Source: an uncultured Cytophagales bacterium (GTDB taxonomy: Bacteria; Bacteroidota; Bacteroidia; Cytophagales; Amoebophilaceae). From it: a stretch of 64,000 nucleotides of DNA. Under the pieces are notes generated by a model. That model saw only the letters and a list, made by a program, of their open reading frames with translations. It made no database searches and had not been told where the DNA came from. Each line of letters starts with the position of its first letter. The first letter of the stretch is position 1. This document shows, piece after piece, positions 62,089 to 64,000 of the stretch. The stretch covers positions 451 through 64,450 of the forward strand of contig CAMJVU010000002.1 of the NCBI GenBank assembly GCA_946409305.1, given 5' to 3'. The position numbers were made by a program, and so were the translations under genes.

Positions 62089-64000
62089 ATGTTTATGTTT
62101 TGTCATAAGCCTACCATTTTCACTGTCTGTATTCTTTCATGCAATAGTATTAGCGATTCATTGTGCTACAAATATTTCGAAAATAATGCAATAGCAGATT
62201 TGATGGATAAGAAATGTGAAACTAAATGTTTGTCTAACAACATTAATGATATTAGATTCTTGTGTCCTTACGACAAATTGGTTATTGATAAGGTGGTAAC
62301 TTTACCAAACAGATATTTTTGTGATGAAAAGATAGTAAATTTTTACAACAATATTAATTTGAGTAAATTGTCTCTTGATTTACAATCAAATGTTTTATTA
62401 AAACAAGGGATTATAGATATTTACAATGGGAGATATGATAGTGCATCTGAAAAATTTGATTTATTCAAAAAAGAAGATAGACAAGATGATGAAATTTTGT
62501 ATTACACAGGCTTTTTGGAATTAAAAAAGAAAAACATAAAAAAAGCAATAGAGTATTTCAGGAAAGTTGTCGAAAATAAAAGATGTATAATACCTGCTTC
62601 ATACATGTTGTTGAAATGTTTTGTAGAGAGTAAAAAGTACAATGAAGCTGTTGATTTTTTGAACCAATACGATAATTATCTCTTCGAAGCAAGTGATTTA
62701 AAAAATTACTCGTGCGAAGATATTTTAAAATTATCAGGTGATGTTTATTTGGTGGCAAAGAACTACGAACAATCCTATGAATGTTATAAAAAATTTTTAA
62801 AACTTTATCCTAGAAACAATAAACAAACAGATGTAAAAATGGAGAAAAAGAAAAGCAAAAAAAATAATGTGAAAAGAGAAATGAGTGACGATGATATTGA
62901 GGAAGAATTGCTAATAAATGAAAATATTCTAGATTACGACGATGGAGAGGATGAAGAAGATAGTGAATCAAATTTTGAGGAAATAACTGACAACAATGAT
63001 AATTTGTACGATATAGCAAGACTTAGGTACGCATACGTATGTCATAAGCTTAAATATGACGATAAAACAAACGAAATATTAACAGAATTGGTAAACCAAA
63101 ATAATGTTATCGGACAATTGTCAAAATACTACTTTGGGTATATATGTTTCAAAAAGAAACAATTGAATGAAGCTATTGATTGGTTCTTGAAAGCGTATGA
63201 GATAAAATATGACAGGAATATAACAGCTGAAAGTTTATTTAATGTGATAATTATAAATCTTGAACTCAAAAAAAATAAGCTGGCAATGGAATATATTAAA
63301 ACATTTAAAAAACTATTCTTTGATAATGATTTAATATCAGATGTTGATAATATATTTGCCGAATTATCTGATAAAGAAGGGGATTATAACGTCGTAATAT
63401 CTGCACTTACATCGTTAAAAAATAAGAGCGAAAAAATTAATAAAATATTGCAAAAAAACAACATTAATAAGGGACATAAATGTTTTCAATGTGAATCATA
63501 TGAAGATGCTATAGAATATTACAAACAATCGTTACTATATCCAGTAAATATAGAAAAGGTGTATGAAGCCAACTTCTGGACAGGAGAATGTTTATTGAAG
63601 TTAGGAGAATATACCCAAGCAATGAAACACTACCGTCAGATTCCGAGTTCATGTCAGTACTACGATCGTGCAATTTACGGCCTCGCATACGCGAATTTTT
63701 ATTCAAAAAATTACAAAACATCATTGGAATATTTTGACATCATCCCTAATACCTTTGACGATGTTGAGTTACGTAAGTCCGATTGTCTTATGATGAATAA
63801 AGATTATGATAAGGCGATTAAAATCTACGACAAAAATAAGGAAAAACATCCTGATCATTGTTTATACAATTTGGGCATCATATATGAAATGCTTAACCAA
63901 TATGACAATGCCCAATTTAATTTTGATAAAATAGTTGATGAACATAAAGATTCTATTTATCACAATGACGCTATACTAGAATCAGGAAAAATTTATGTCA
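62089..64000 (+). CDS. TPR-repeat lipoprotein-like protein (C-terminus beyond window edge)
   Basis: Absent from the track because it is open to the window end. Hand translation from ATG 62089 gives MFMFCHKPTIFTVCILSCNS... followed by repeated TPR-like units (GRYDSASEKFDLF..., KKAIEYFRKVVEN, YEDAIEYYKQSL, GEYTQAMKHYRQI, YDKAIKIYDKN) and a central acidic stretch. The minus-strand ORFs at 62558, 62810 and 63509 are shadows. Confidence 0.65.
   Translation, partial: MFMFCHKPTIFTVCILSCNSISDSLCYKYFENNAIADLMDKKCETKCLSNNINDIRFLCPYDKLVIDKVVTLPNRYFCDEKIVNFYNNINLSKLSLDLQSNVLLKQGIIDIYNGRYDSASEKFDLFKKEDRQDDEILYYTGFLELKKKNIKKAIEYFRKVVENKRCIIPASYMLLKCFVESKKYNEAVDFLNQYDNYLFEASDLKNYSCEDILKLSGDVYLVAKNYEQSYECYKKFLKLYPRNNKQTDVKMEKKKSKKNNVKREMSDDDIEEELLINENILDYDDGEDEEDSESNFEEITDNNDNLYDIARLRYAYVCHKLKYDDKTNEILTELVNQNNVIGQLSKYYFGYICFKKKQLNEAIDWFLKAYEIKYDRNITAESLFNVIIINLELKKNKLAMEYIKTFKKLFFDNDLISDVDNIFAELSDKEGDYNVVISALTSLKNKSEKINKILQKNNINKGHKCFQCESYEDAIEYYKQSLLYPVNIEKVYEANFWTGECLLKLGEYTQAMKHYRQIPSSCQYYDRAIYGLAYANFYSKNYKTSLEYFDIIPNTFDDVELRKSDCLMMNKDYDKAIKIYDKNKEKHPDHCLYNLGIIYEMLNQYDNAQFNFDKIVDEHKDSIYHNDAILESGKIYV

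Noticed and set aside
1-64000. Mobile elements, prophage, integrative island borders, rRNA operon, secretion-system gene clusters
   Set aside because: I looked for transposase, integrase, recombinase, phage structural, T3SS, T4SS and T6SS wording and for long inverted or direct terminal repeats. I found none. The only RNA gene recognised is tRNA-Leu at 7425-7506, and no accessory gene abuts it in an island-like manner.

Overview
Densely coding, very AT-rich bacterial chromosome segment (roughly 30% GC by eye, not computed). No rRNA, CRISPR array, transposase, integrase or phage gene was recognised. The backbone is housekeeping with Bacteroidota-style wording: M48 peptidase, pnp-rpsO, mlaD-like, tRNA-Leu(GAG), ppiD-like, lspA, mreB-mreC, ftsL-like, DAACS transporter, comF-like, rnr, folE, mnmE, clpB, GT2 plus LtaS-like transferase, type-2 ileS, ftsI, DEAD-box helicase, pheT, mscS-like, rsmH, yigZ-like, ddl, pepC, gyrA and a TPR lipoprotein. 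Scattered singly between these genes, not in one island, is a large host-interaction-like accessory set. (1) Three USP/UCH (C19) deubiquitinase-like proteases, a Hanks-type Ser/Thr kinase, a TBC-type RabGAP-like protein with both catalytic fingers, and a protein with about 40 cysteines. (2) A six-member paralogous family of small beta-barrel outer-membrane-like proteins, two of them carrying in-frame tandem repeats. (3) A family of small lipoproteins whose first ~100 nt (upstream leader plus lipobox signal peptide) are near-identical at DNA level while the mature parts are unrelated. Two clearly (CILC, CFLC), and two more weakly, end in CaaX-like cysteine motifs. Several accessory genes are broken or poised to switch: a G8 homopolymer frameshift, a GT-tract frameshift, an in-frame TGA and a 5' truncation. 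The housekeeping genes are intact, although ileS is short, ddl is long, and the dcw and mre clusters are fragmented. My guess, from gene wording only, is an obligate intracellular Bacteroidota symbiont of the Amoebophilus/Cardinium type. All domain calls come from motifs read by eye; no database search was possible.
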